From assembly GCA_000708835.1 (NCBI GenBank), contig DF237056.1, forward strand, positions 134,166 to 198,165: a stretch of 64,000 nt of DNA. Reading direction: 5' to 3'. The position numbers and the translations under genes were made by a program. This stretch comes from Klebsormidium nitens (lineage: Eukaryota > Plantae > Klebsormidiophyceae). The notes under the pieces were generated by a model. That model did no database searches, was not told the origin of the DNA, and worked only from the letters and a program-made list of their open reading frames with translations. Numbering within the stretch: position 1 is the first letter of the stretch; each line of letters opens with the position of its first letter. Of the stretch, positions 1 to 18,589 are shown in pieces.

Positions 1-314
1 TAAATTCTGTTTGGCATGGTCTGCTTATTCTGCTTTCCTCTTAGGAACATCTTATGGACACTGGTTGTACTTGAGTTCTCAACACCCTTTCTATTGGAGT
101 GAGCAGCCTCGTTGAGCTGGTTTCAGAGTAGTTGTCTGTGCTCTCAAGCTGTAGAAGTAGTATGGATCTTTTGGAATTTTCCTGTCTGCCCTTGGAGTCC
201 GTCCGCACCTGATGGTGCATATACACCGCTCCAGAAACTACAGCAAGTTTTTTAACAGGATGCGAGTCTTGTCTTCATGAGTACGTCAGCTGGAATACCT
301 GTCTCTTCTGACAG

Positions 315-962
315 TTCCCGGTTGGAAGGATCCACAGACTACTGAAGAGCAGAGTGTCGGCAAATGGCCGTGTGGGTGCCACGGCAGCGGTCTACAGCGC
401 TGCTATTCTGGAATATCTGACGGCTGAGGTGCTCGAGCTGGCTGGGAACGCATCCAAGGATCTCAAGGTATGCTAAGCATCGAACCAGTCTCTCGTCTAG
501 CTGGCAGTATCAGCTGCTTGTGTGGCCTCGTAGTGATGCTTGCAAGGTTGTCAGTCCGTCACTACTGTCCTTGACTGTATCCTTCTGCATTCATATGTTA
601 TGTGCTTGCGGCCTCGGCAGTATTTCCCTTAACTAGCAATAGGGTAAAGTATCGCACTCCAATCCAATGTTGATGACCCAAAGAATATTATTCTGTCTCT
701 TCAGTGCTTTCTCTAGTGTTGATCTGGTGTTGATCTCAGCAGTTATTTGATTTGCACTCTTCTCCATCCTCCTGAAGAAAGCTACGCTGATGTGGTCTTC
801 TTGCCTCCCCTACAGGTGAAGCGTATCACGCCCCGGCATTTGCAGCTGGCCATCAGAGGAGACGAGGAGCTGGACACGCTCATCAAGGGGACCATTGCAG
901 GGGGTGGTGTCATTCCTCACATTCACAAGTCCCTCATCAACAAATCCAACAAGAAGGAGTAG
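315..962 (+). CDS. H2A.Z: Histone H2A.Z variant, 5'-partial (exons 315-467 and 816-962; first exon upstream of the window)
   Basis: Spliced translation [51 protein letters not shown]|[48 protein letters not shown]. The VGATAAVY and [26 protein letters not shown] motifs are diagnostic of H2A.Z. AG/GT sites at 313-314, 468-469 and 814-815. Confidence 0.97.
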
Positions 963-3026
963 GGTAGCCGCACTGCTGAAAAACCTAATCTGCAGATCAG
1001 TGCGCTGGTTCGCACCTGATTGGTGCTGATCCGTACTTTTAAACGACTGGTCACAAGGTAGTGCTTTTAGTAGCTCAACAGATGATAATGCTTTCTGTAA
1101 CTAGAAGCTCACCTCTAAGGCGAAGTGGATGGTATAGGGAATGTGGTAAACAGCCAGATTTTAGGCAGCCAGGAGTGGTCAAGCGACGACGTACTTGACT
1201 GCATGCTTGCGAGCTGCTCCTCAACTCTACTTTCTTTGCGAGTGTCTTTCAACAGCAAGTTGAAGGGCCACATTGATCAGCACCTGACGGAGTTATCCTC
1301 TTTCAACCGACTTCCCGTTGGAGCACCAAGCTCCCAAATGTACTTTCAGGTCAGCTTGTTGACTCGCATATTGCTTATAGCAAGACACCAAGCATGGGAT
1401 TGTGCAAGTCGAATTCAGGTCCGGTTTTACTTGATTGTGTGGGATAGCCTGGTTGAAGTTTCTGTTGGTCGTGTCTTGATGGATGGATCCAAGGTCCATG
1501 TTTTGTGCACAAGCTTGGATAAACATCAGTTGACAGTGGCACGTGCAGTTGGCAGTTGTGCGTTTCAAATTGGTCTTTTACATTGAAGGTTAGGTTGAGC
1601 AATCAAGCGATCTGCTGGCTAGAAGCATTCAAGTTGGGACAAGCAGATTTCCGGGGACCATTGTTTTGTGAAAGGCGCAACATTAAGTGAGAATATGCGT
1701 ACGTTACTATCAATATGTGCATGATTTTACTAAAATCTGGAGCCATCAAATTTTTCATATAGTAGCGACCACTTGTGACTCGGCTCCACAACTCAACAAG
1801 AGAGCTTCGGGTTGCATATAAGCCTATCAAAATGCGATCAGGCAAATGGTCTGTAATGATCGTGTTGTATGTGTCGAATCTCGATCGTCGTTGAAAAACG
1901 GGAGAATGCATGGTCATCCATCAACACACGTGCATATGTACTGTGCGAGAAGACAGTGCAGAAAGAAAATGATGCAATTGTGCTTTTGAAACGCACGCTG
2001 CAGTACCAACTTTCAATGGCCACGATTCGTTCTGAGCGAGCGACGAGCGTGTATTTGATAGGATGCTGCTCTGCTGCTGGCATGTTCGGAATTCAGGCCG
2101 CACTTGAATGAGCAAGCACAATTCCGAACAATGGTTCAGCATGCACTGCCAAGCACTAGCCTCAAGGACCGTACGCGCGAGCATGGCGGACCGGCACGTG
2201 ACTCGAATAAGGTCTGAAGCGCGGCGCTGGCAGCCTGTCACTAACAGTAACTTCGGCAACGGCCGCTAATTGCGGGATTTGTGCTGACTGGCTGAGTCCT
2301 GACCCACACAGGAGCGCGGTCCACTCGCGATTTGGTAATTGCCTTTCAACAGCACCATAGCCTATGAAAATACACCTGCATGCAGACCATGACTTGGAGT
2401 CTGTACATGAGTGTGATTTGGTGGCTGCTATAGCCTACCTCGGGTACCGGTACCTACTGACCCCGCTGCGGACTCATCTCATTCTGCTTTTGCATGCACA
2501 GCTTTCTGGCGTCTCGCACCCGGTATGCTAAACCGAGCTCCAGAAAGTCAGATACACAGCTTTGTGTTCGCCCGGTAGATCAACGACGGTGGAGCCGGTT
2601 TCTAGCTGCATGCAGCACTGTTGGCACACACGAGTGAGGTTTCCAAGTGGCGTGCAGCAGAACAGGGATGAGGCAAGCGAACCAGCTGGACCCGACACGA
2701 AGCTAGATTTTGTGGATTTCTTTTTGAAAGCCCTACGTGTCGTACTCCCATTGCAGGGTTGACTGACAAGTCCAAAACTTTTCACAAATGGCCTCCAGCT
2801 CGCAGTCAAACCTGTGACTGACTTGGCCTGCTCCCAAAGGAAAGGCAGCTCGCCTCACAGCTTGCTTGCCAGAGCCGACAATCCCCTAGTTTCCCGCAGG
2901 TCGCCAATTGTCTCACAAAAATTTTCTCGTCTACAATTGAACGCCTGTGAAAGCGCCTTCAAGTACCAAATAAGCAATCAAGAACCTTCAGGGCTCAACC
3001 CGAGTACCAGGACCAATCAGCTAGCC

Positions 3027-6000
3027 ATGGCTCAGAGGAACAAGTCCGGCAATGAGGCTGCCGCTAAGGCTGGCGCGGACTCCGCTGCCAAGATCGCTGA
3101 CCGCACTGCGAGGGAGCAGGGTAAGAACCAGAAGGATGCGTCCATCACTGAGGTGACCAAGGGTGGGGCCACCGTGCACACTACGGTGCAGCAGAACCAG
3201 GAGAGCGATCCCTACTGCCCCAGGGTCGATGAGACCACGGTAAGTGTGACGTTGTTGTTTGGCAATTGTGCGCTGGAGCTGTTCTGGTTAACATTGTGCC
3301 ATAGAGAGTGTCCAAAAGCTGTCGCCGTTCTAGACTGAGCTGCATTTAGGAATGGGAAGAGGCTGTTGTTCAAGTATGTGTGTAGTTTTCTTTCAGGTTG
3401 TCCTTGTGAAATTTCACCTCTCTGACCATACTATGATGACATGACTGGTCGGCAGTGCATGGAAGAGTCAAATGCGCCCTTCTTTGACTTCAGATCATCT
3501 GAGCAAGAAGCTTCAGCATTCTGACCGAGTTTGGAAGGTCTTGCTCTTCATTGAGCAAGAGAAGTTTCTTGGAGTGGCACTGCATGCAGATGGCTTCAAG
3601 CAGTGAAGTTCAGTGTGTGTCCGCGCCATTATTTGGAGATGCCATATGTACTCTGCGGGAAGCGATTAAACCTTGTCCTACAACCATCTTTGCACTATTT
3701 GTCTTTGTTCTAAAACAGCATTTCGTAAACTGGATTCTCTGAGTCTGTTTGAACTTTACTGCAGACAGGTCGACAGGGTCAGGGACTGAGGCAGCTGCTG
3801 TCACTTCACTTGCAATACTTAGATCTAGTGTACACGCCATGTACTGCACCCGCCATGTATTGCACTAAAATTCCAAGGGTTCTTGAAACTCTTAAAAGCA
3901 ACAATGAAGAATTGCGAACGTAGACTGACATTGAGGCGAAGTAGAGACTTTAGATCGAGCATATTCGACCATTCTGGTAGATGGTACTAATTTGGTTACT
4001 TTTCTTGGATGCAGCCCCAGGAGTTTGAGACCAAAGTGCAGGTCATTCGCAAGACCCCTCAGATGAAGACCGTTGAGAAGACCGAGATGGTCAAGCGTCT
4101 CAGCCACGAGGAGAAGACCACGACCGTGCCTCGTACCAAGGTTATCACTGAGGAGCGGACATCGATCACAAAGCACCCTGTTGTGAAGGAGGTGCAGAAG
4201 ACGAGGACCATTGACGTGCACAGGTAATGCGAGATATGCATGCAGAGTACTAAACCTGACAACCATGCGAAGACATTATTATCACGCAAAGCGGTCGGAG
4301 CTTGTCTGGTGGAGACAGGTGTGCAGTCCGATGTTCAACATGATTGGTTATGACCATCTTGCTTTTCGGTTGACTCGTAGCGTGGTCGAAGTTCGGTATT
4401 TCCTCTCCAAACGAGAGGGGTGGTAGATAAGTAGGTGTGGTACAGTTGCTGGTTTCTTAGCACAACCGACTCGAATCCCTGTCTCAATGGTTTCCGATTC
4501 CGATTTCTATTTTCTTCTTGCAGGGTGATCGAGGAGGAGAAGGAGATCACCGAGACGGTTGACGTTGTCGAGCAGGTGTGTTAACCGAACAGTCTGTCGC
4601 CTTATAAATTAGCCCGTATATAGAGTTAGAAATGACCTTTTTAGTTGTTTCTCTTTAGCGTACATCTCAGCATCCTCTACGTGGTAATTCGAAGTCTCAC
4701 TAATAGACTGTCCACACAGTTCGTCGTAATCTGAGGTCCACTAGAAGTTTGCCGATACAGTTCGTGCAACGCCAGCTGAAGGATACAAATTTGCATACTC
4801 TCAAGTTTGACACAAATGTGTTGACGCCGTTTCGGCTAGTTCGACCGTGAACCTGAACTACAGCAAAGAAATGGCCACTAGGTTTTCCTCTTTCGATGTC
4901 CAATTTGATTTGAGCGTGTTGAGTCTCCGGTTTTTCAGGTGCGTGAGCGGAAGGTTGAGAAGGTGCCCAAGGTTATCTACGAGGAGAAGGAAACGTGGAT
5001 CACCAAGCCGGTCGTCAGGCAGGTTGAGAAGAAGAGAACTATCAAGGTGCCCAGGTAAGCAAACGATGTGTCTCAGAAGAGCTTGCATCGTGTCGTCACC
5101 TGTTGATTTCAAATCCCGCAATGTTCTTAGCAGCCCGCATAACTATTGGCAGGTCATCTAGTTTGAAAGCTTCTGAGGCTTCTCGGGCCACGTTGGGGAA
5201 TGAGAGATCCTTCCCACATTTGTAACGTCAGTACTAGTTTTAACGTGCAACTGTGCATGGTTAGCTCTTTGGTGAATTGTCACATCTTATTTCTTGAGAT
5301 ACATATCTGCTTATCCAAGTCAATCGGTTCATGTGTAGGGTTATCACTGAGAAGAAGGAAGAAGCGTACACCGACTACCAGACCGATGAGGTGGGTTAAC
5401 GTTTCTCAAGTAGTTTGCAACGAAGCCGACCCGATGGTTTCCTCAATTGTCAGCCATTCCTGCATCGAGACTGCGTAACACTTCATATGATCTGCTTACT
5501 CGTTGTAGAAGTTCACAAAATTCGTTTCTTCGACGTTGTAACGAGAGTGCAGCTGTGAGGCGTAATGCAACACAAGAGAGAGATTTCAAGTAGACTGAGA
5601 TTTGTCACTAACCCATGATCTTTGAACTGTTTGGCAGGTCGAGGAGAAGAAGATCGAGAAGGTGCCCAGAGTTGTTACAGAGCAGGTCAAGCAGACCATG
5701 TCTGTGCCGGTCGTGACAGAGGTGCCCGTAACCAAGAAGGTGGAGGTGCCCACTGGAGAGTGAGTCGCGAATCTTCTGTTCTGCCAGATGGTAGATAGAT
5801 TCTTTCGTGCTTGTCATTTCGTCAGGTTTTCTTGTTGATTCAGGGAGAAAAGATGGGTATCTGGTAATCGTATGTAGTTTTATGTTACGGATATTCTTTT
5901 TCTGTCGTGAATGTGTCGATTCTTTTGTACTCCAAATGGCGGTTTGTCTTCTTTTGTCGTGAATATGTCGATCCTTTTCTATTTTAAATGGCGGGCATGT

Positions 6001-6207
6001 GAAATTCAATATGTCTTCGTTTTTGTTCTCAGGTACTGCGAGGAGGTTGTGTCTCACGACCACGCCCCTGCTGCCCTTGGCCCGGCTGTCGTTCCCGAGA
6101 AGGTGACGTCCATCAGCGACAGCAAGCTGAAGACTTTGGAGAAGGATACTGAGGCTCCCGCTGAGGAGCCAAGGAGAGGGTTGTTGGGCAGATTGATTGG
6201 GGCATAG
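3027..6207 (+). CDS. Val/Glu/Lys/Thr-rich repeat protein, articulin/alveolin (epiplastin)-like, ~312 aa, 7 exons
   Basis: Exons 3027-3239, 4015-4223, 4524-4575, 4939-5054, 5339-5390, 5638-5759 and 6033-6207 join in frame via GT-AG introns. The core reads e.g. VRERKVEKVPKVIYEEKETWITKPVVRQVEKKRTIKVPRVITEKK and EKVPRVVTEQVKQTMSVPVVTEVPVTKKVEVP. The gene model is well supported; the family assignment rests on composition only. Confidence 0.8.
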
Positions 6208-8950
6208 ATATGATTGGACGAAAGTTGTGGGGAAGCGGAAAAGGTGTGAGGATTTGCTAACAGAAGTGTACCGTCTCGATTGGAGATGTCACCTTTTGGT
6301 GTAACACGTAGACGCTCGCTGTAACATGTTGTAAACTTGCCATAGGAACAGTCCGATTTTGGAAAGACGAAATAAGAACACGCTCGCTTGTCTTACAAAC
6401 CCACTGTTGCGGTTTTTTAGTGTCTCAACATCTTTTCAATCCATATTTACGAATATCTTACCTTCTCAAACTCTCGTGACACTCCAAATCACATCAAGTG
6501 TGCACAGGATTCGTTTTCTCGACATCATTTTTCAATCTAAACAGAAAAGTAAAGTGCAAATAGTGTACTTAACCTGATATTCATGTATGTGCATTGTAAA
6601 CTATTTCATATAACTTCTATCGCACATGGTTGTGATGTGGTTGATAATATAACGGCAACGGATGATATTATTAATGAGAAAGTTGCAAGCTGACACCCTC
6701 CTCAAATACAATATTGAAGTCGAAAAAATATACGAAACCTATCATAGGTAACTGGAATAATATTTATATCATTGACCGATATTGCACACCCTTAATATAT
6801 AACGTACATACTGACACTTTCGAAAATGTATTGAGCAAAGAAGGAATAATTGCTTGAATGGAACATACTGTTTGTAAGTTTCCTGAGGATCCCTTCGAGG
6901 GGTATTCCTCAAATATGGCTGAAGTGAAACATGTACATGAGTTCGCCCACCTGCCACGACACCGATCACCAGATGTGTAAGCGCGGAATTGTGGAAGTTC
7001 ATCACACCTGTCTGGCGCTTGTAAACTCGTCCCCTGAAGCGCCTCGCAACCGACCCATCGGCCTTCGATACATGCTACAGTGCCTTGCAAGTTCAATTGC
7101 AGAGGCTAGGCCCCCGCGGCAGCTCGAGCGGATCGCGACCCGGGGGCCCGCAGGCCGGGCTGGCCGGACGAGCGCGGCCGGGCCGGCCGCGCCAAAGTTT
7201 GCGGCAGGCGGACGCGCCGCCGCGCTGCGGCTACGATGTGCCACTTCAAACTTGAAAGCCAGCATGTTGAACTCGCAGCTATAGCTTTCGAACCACGCCC
7301 GGGCAGAGAGTACTGCTTTGGAACTAGGGAACGTGAAAAAATGTGAAACCTGGGTCATGCGTTGCGCGTGCGAGAATTCCGGTAATGGTCCCATCAACAA
7401 CCTCAATTTTACTTAGGGATGTACAAGGTACAGTCTGTTACACGTAGTGGGAGTACAAGCTATGCCAATCATTGGCACCGCAAATGTCGGTGAGTTTGCA
7501 ATCCATGTTTTGTCCCGGTCGATGGGCTACCTTGCGCCAGAGTCCCAGTGTCTAATCTACCGAGATTGTGGGTATTATAGAATTTCCGCTCAAATTCACG
7601 TACCGACATCCAAGACTCCCGGTATGAAATTCTTGGTGTACACCCACAAATCCACTTGAAATCTATGTACCCAGCCTCAATTATAAAAAGAATCAAAGAA
7701 ATCGTCAAGAACAGACGAATCGATGGTCCGCAATTCGAGTTTTCTGACATCCGCACCATCCAACGGCCCGCATCCAAAAACAACTATTAATCTCAGATTT
7801 TACAGCCCGAAGGGTGTATCCATAGGATTTTTCCTATTTATCGTCAAATTCACTTGTATATTGCCATTTGGGTTGATCGTCCTTTAACATCCATAAGGGC
7901 CTAGCTAATTGAAACGCGGAATACCGCGTAGACCTGTTGCCAGTTGGTACCGTATACGGGGCAAAATCATGGGCAGATACCGTACCAGGGTACCTCAAGT
8001 CAGGGTTTTGGCAATAATATTGCCTTGTTTTCGCCTGGGCGAGTTGGGGGCCTGCTATGCATAAGGGGTCCGCCTTATCGTCCGGTCGTGCCCGGGAGTA
8101 GTATAGGGGACAGCCCCGGGAGCCCTGGTGGCCGGTCCCGACTTGCAGTTATTAGAGGACGTTCCCGGTTCGATACTCTTTAGATGTCCCGGCGTGTCAA
8201 GCTGTGATTCGATTCAGACCTCCTGCTCGTAGAGGGATAGAGAAGCCTCAACTTAACCGTCGGCCTGACTGAATTTGGTCAATGGATGTCAAAGGGGTGC
8301 GCTACTGTAACTGGCTCGGTTCACGTGCCCCGGTTCCGATCCGTCGATGAACTCACGCGTACGGCTGCATGTCGGTGCTTGGCGAGAAGCGATCCCCTTG
8401 CGCGCCCTCCGACCCCTTCCTAACCGATTCTCTGCCGAAAAGGCCACAACCTGGAAATGGGGCTCCTTTTAGTAGACAGGAAGCCTACTTTTTCAGTTGC
8501 AATAAGATGATCATTTACAAGCAGTAAGTACACATACGTGCCTCTTAACTTGAAAGTAGAAGCGCCTCCCCGACGTCGCGATTTGTTCTGGCATTGAGTA
8601 CTGGTCTTTTTCATACGGCCATGCAGAAAAGATGATGCATCTCATCTGCTCAAAATGGAGATTCAGAATACGCCTCCTTTCAATGCTGTGGCTAGCATTG
8701 CTGAGTGCAATTGCAGAGCATTTCCACCTTCTTAGCTGCACAAAAGCCATCGTTTCAAGATTGCCCATACTTGGACTCTGATAGACTTTCGCACTGAACA
8801 AGAGGCACCTTGACACTGCTCATGGCTTCTGAACAGCAGCTGACCTTTGGATAGTCTTCTGAGCTGAGGTTATCTGACAGTGAAAGGGCTCATTTCAAGC
8901 AACCACTGCTTCAACCAAGCATGGTTAATCACACGGTCATCTCTGTGCAG

Positions 8951-10793
8951 GTGGCTTTCGCTTCTGGGACTATTAGAGCAGTTATCCAATGCGCAGCTTC
9001 TCGCCGAGCTCTTCCGCCACCCAATGTTTCTCGTCTTTGTGGGCCTGGTGGCGTTCTTCCACGTTTCAGAGTTCACTTTAGCAGCCGTCTACGATCGCGA
9101 CAATCTGGGATACCACTGTGAGTCCCTCTACAACATTGACTTCTAGACCTAAAAACTACTATAGTACTTAAAGCCCAAGCGGCCCTAGAAGTCCTGCCTC
9201 ACAAGCGCTTCCCATTGGAAGGAGAACAGAAGCAGGGTCTGTGATTTGTTTTGCCAAACAAGGCCACCAGGCCTGCTCTCCATGCCGTCCCGCAGTGGTG
9301 TTCTGTGTCAGGCAGGTTCACGTTTTTGAAACTATCTTACTTCCAGTCGCATCATCGGACTGCCTTGCGTCGCTCTGGTGAATGGCTTGAGGGGGAGCCC
9401 CAGGTAACTTTGAAGTATGTTTGTGAGACAGGGAAAGATGATGAGTCGGTTGCCAAGTTGTCAACCCTTCCGCCACTTCACAAACATGACCTGTCGAGAA
9501 AACGATCAGCCAACATTACTTGGCACTAGTAAGATCTCTCATTCCCCTTTCCTTCGTTGTTTCTGCAGCATGGCTCATCTCCCCGCCCTACTGCCTTGCC
9601 CTCCTGGCTGCGTGCGCCGAATACTGGGTAGAGTCCAGCCTGTTTCCAGGCATGAAGGGGCCTGATGTGGTGTCACTTGTCGGCTTAGTGGTTGCGCTAC
9701 TAGGAGAGGCGATACGGAAGACTGGGATCATCACGGCGGGCAGCAGCTTCACACACCATATCAGGCACCACAGGGAGCAGAACCACAGGCTGATCACAGA
9801 GGGGATCTACAGGTAAGCCAGAAAGACTGGCAGTGCTTGTCTTCTCGTTTCTCTGTTCTCTGCGTTCTTGGAGACCGTTGCTGGCTAGCTGGCAGGGAAA
9901 GGGGACGAATGTCCTAGCTCCTAATGTGCGGTTTTCATTTGACGATGGACTGGGGCTGGTTGTGGCCGAAGTTTTGAGAATTCTGGGGTGGTCAGGGAAT
10001 GGTGGAGGTCAGGAATGCCCTCGAGAAAGCCATAGCACACAGAAGCTGGCTCTTGGATAGTACTCTGAAGTCCTTTGTGCATAAAGTCTTTATGGATCTT
10101 CAGCTCGGCCGGCTTTTCTCCTGACTTACGCGTAATGATCTTTTGCGGCCCCACCTTGTCCGCCGCTTCATTCGCAACCTGTGATTCATTCCTGGGTATT
10201 TCCTGGGTATTTTCCCTCTGCAACAAGGTCTTTGGCTAAACACGGTTGACATCCTGTTGAGAGTCTCGGTATGATCATCGTTCTTACCGCTGATCTGACT
10301 ATTTTCGTCAAGGTACATTCGACATCCGGGCTACTTGGGGTGGTTCCTTTGGGCCGTGGGACTGCAAGCGATGCTGTGCAACCCGGTCTGCTTCATCTCC
10401 TTCGCCATCATCTCGTGGCGCTTCTTTGCTACTCGAATACCGTATCCTCAAGCTGCCGCTCCGTCCAACCTCTTTGATTGTATTCTGGCGTCCCTGCCTT
10501 GCTTTCAGATTGCTCCGATGCTCTGATCCTTGACCGTACCTCTATCCGTCCTCCACTCTTTCTTTGTACAGCATGATTGCTGATTCCGGAATTTGGTGAA
10601 GGCGGCCGTCGTACAAAGTATATTGCATCTGGAAGGTCGATTGTAAAGCTGATGGAAAAGTGAAGTATGCGGGTCCAGTTGAATCCTTGACGGACAGTTC
10701 AGCTACGAGGAACATTTCCTCGTCACGTTCTTTGGTGATAGGTATGATTCTTACCGAAAACGGACGCCAACATACATTCCATTCATAAAATGA
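8951..10793 (+). CDS. ICMT: Isoprenylcysteine carboxyl methyltransferase (ICMT/STE14); start uncertain (possible ATG at 9024)
   Basis: Exons ~8951-9117, 9569-9812, 10313-10441 and 10703-10793 give FFHVSEF...SWLISPPY...GEAIRKTGIITAGSSFTHHI...LITEGIYRYIRHPGYLGWFLWAVGLQAMLCNP...RIPYEEHFLVTFFGDRYDSYRKRTPTYIPFIK*. These match the conserved ICMT motifs (FTH, RHPxY, RIxxEE). Confidence 0.93.
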
Positions 10794-11858
10794 GCAAGCC
10801 GTTCTGATCAAGTCCGACCTTATCCTGAAGTTGCATCAACTCCGTGCATAGGGCATTTGTTAAGGAAGCGGTGACGTGTTGTCACAAGAAAGCAAGCATG
10901 CATGGACGGTTCCAAGGAACAGCTTTGTGAATATGTCATATGCAAGTAATGAGCCGGCCACCGAACAATAATCTGCTCCAGTACTAACATGTACGATGCT
11001 ATTTGACCCAACTTCAGCCACGTTTGTGTGGATTTCTATCCTCCAAGAGCTTACGACACGTTTTAGAAATCAACGTCTCGCGCCCTGAAAGGCTGAATGG
11101 AGCGGCAGAGCACCAGGTTCCAGGTTCCGACACGAAACAATGTTGACTTCTTACTAATAGCTTTCGATACAGGCCTCACGGCGTTGATTTATCCCAGGGG
11201 CCAATCAGTTTGCATGCATACGATATATGTGTACGCATGCCATAACACGCGGTAATTCGGCCATGATGTCACTGCTAGCTATAGCGCTATCGACTTACGA
11301 CTTTCCTCGTCCTTCTAATTCGATCATGACGCGGGGATTATGTGCAGTCATATCCGCGAATGCGTTCATCGCGATTATGCCAGGCTATACAGAGTCACGT
11401 GTAACCAAATGAACTGTAATTGGTTAATATTGCCCGATTGACCACGACCGTCGCATCAGTGAGTGACGCATCCAAGTCACATGCATGAAAGATGATGGCA
11501 GCCGATTGATTCCATGATCCGTTTGCAAATACTAAGACTACGCATGTGGCAACCTTCTAAATAATTGGTTAAATAGCTCCTGTTCAGGTCGGCAGGTGCA
11601 ACGGATCCAGCCCGAAAATCTACCAGCCGATTACGTGCAGCTGTTCAATCTATCCGTCACGCAATACGGAACCATCAGAGCGAAACGCGAACCTAATCTG
11701 AGCCCCCAATCGGGCGAACTGCCAGTAGCAACGCTTTATCCTACAAAGAACGGCCGCAGCCCTAACACAGTGTACACTTGGATGAATCAGCCGGCCTATA
11801 GCTAAGGGACCAACGCAATGCAACAGGTTATCGGTCCCCAACCGGTCACAGCAGTATT

Positions 11859-17805
<5,947 letters not shown>

Positions 17806-18589
17806 CTTCGAAAGACGGCCTTGCAAACAGCGGGCTTTCAACCAAAAAACGGGCCCCTAAAAAGACAACCGGCCACGACAACGGACTCCCTACTTCAAAG
17901 ACACTAAGATAGTTACACGAAAACTTGCTGGGGCAGGCTGGCAGTTGAGGAAAAGAGCTAGCACCACAAAATGCGCCCTGGTGACGTCGCCCCTCCTCCG
18001 TCTGCCAAACACGTTTCCGTCAGGAAGGGCCGGTACGTAACTTTGCAGTCAGCCATGGACGATGACGTTCCGTTCCGTCCCCGACCAAGCAGTTCCTGAG
18101 TGATACCGGAGTCCGGCTGTCTTCTTTGGATCAGAAAGAGCCCGTTTCTTTTGAGACATGCAGCGCTAAGCACATGAATTTGAAAATCATGAATGAGTAC
18201 GGCCTACTGGGAGCGCAACGGAACGGAACGGCGGACTTATGGGTGCACTTGCGGGGTGGCATCTGGCAGCTCAGCCGATTGACAAGTGTACGCCTGCCAG
18301 CTTTCACGAGCTTCCAGCTCAGGAAGGCGAAAAGTGCATGCAATGGTGACTGTGGAAGGGAAGCGCGCGACCTTTCCATGGAAGGCAATTGCAGGGGCAG
18401 TTCCATCTGCTGGGTGCAAAAGCTTCCTGTTTGCTTTGCAGAAAGGCGATTGTTAAATTGGACAGGAAGCTAGACGTGCAATTGGTTGTCAGCTTGTTGA
18501 AGGAAAGTGTCTCTTGCAAGCAACTTGTAGAAGGGATTAAGTGCTACATCTGGTTAATGAGCAACACGCAAACTTGAAAAGCAGAAACA

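Noticed and set aside
1125-2260. Overlapping ORFs downstream of H2A.Z
   Set aside because: No recognisable motif, host-unlike codon usage and no consistent exon chain; probably UTR or intergenic.
6195-10793. Functional link between ICMT and neighbouring genes through CaaX prenylation
   Set aside because: None of the predicted proteins in the window ends in a CaaX box (termini are LIGA, QLGA, SRM, SRL, QQL, NVA and SPM).
11596-11805. Plus-strand 69-aa ORF (QRIQPENLPADY…)
   Set aside because: It lies antisense to the GGAT 3' UTR. It is not needed to complete ICMT, whose last exon ends at 10793, and shows no homology I can recognise.
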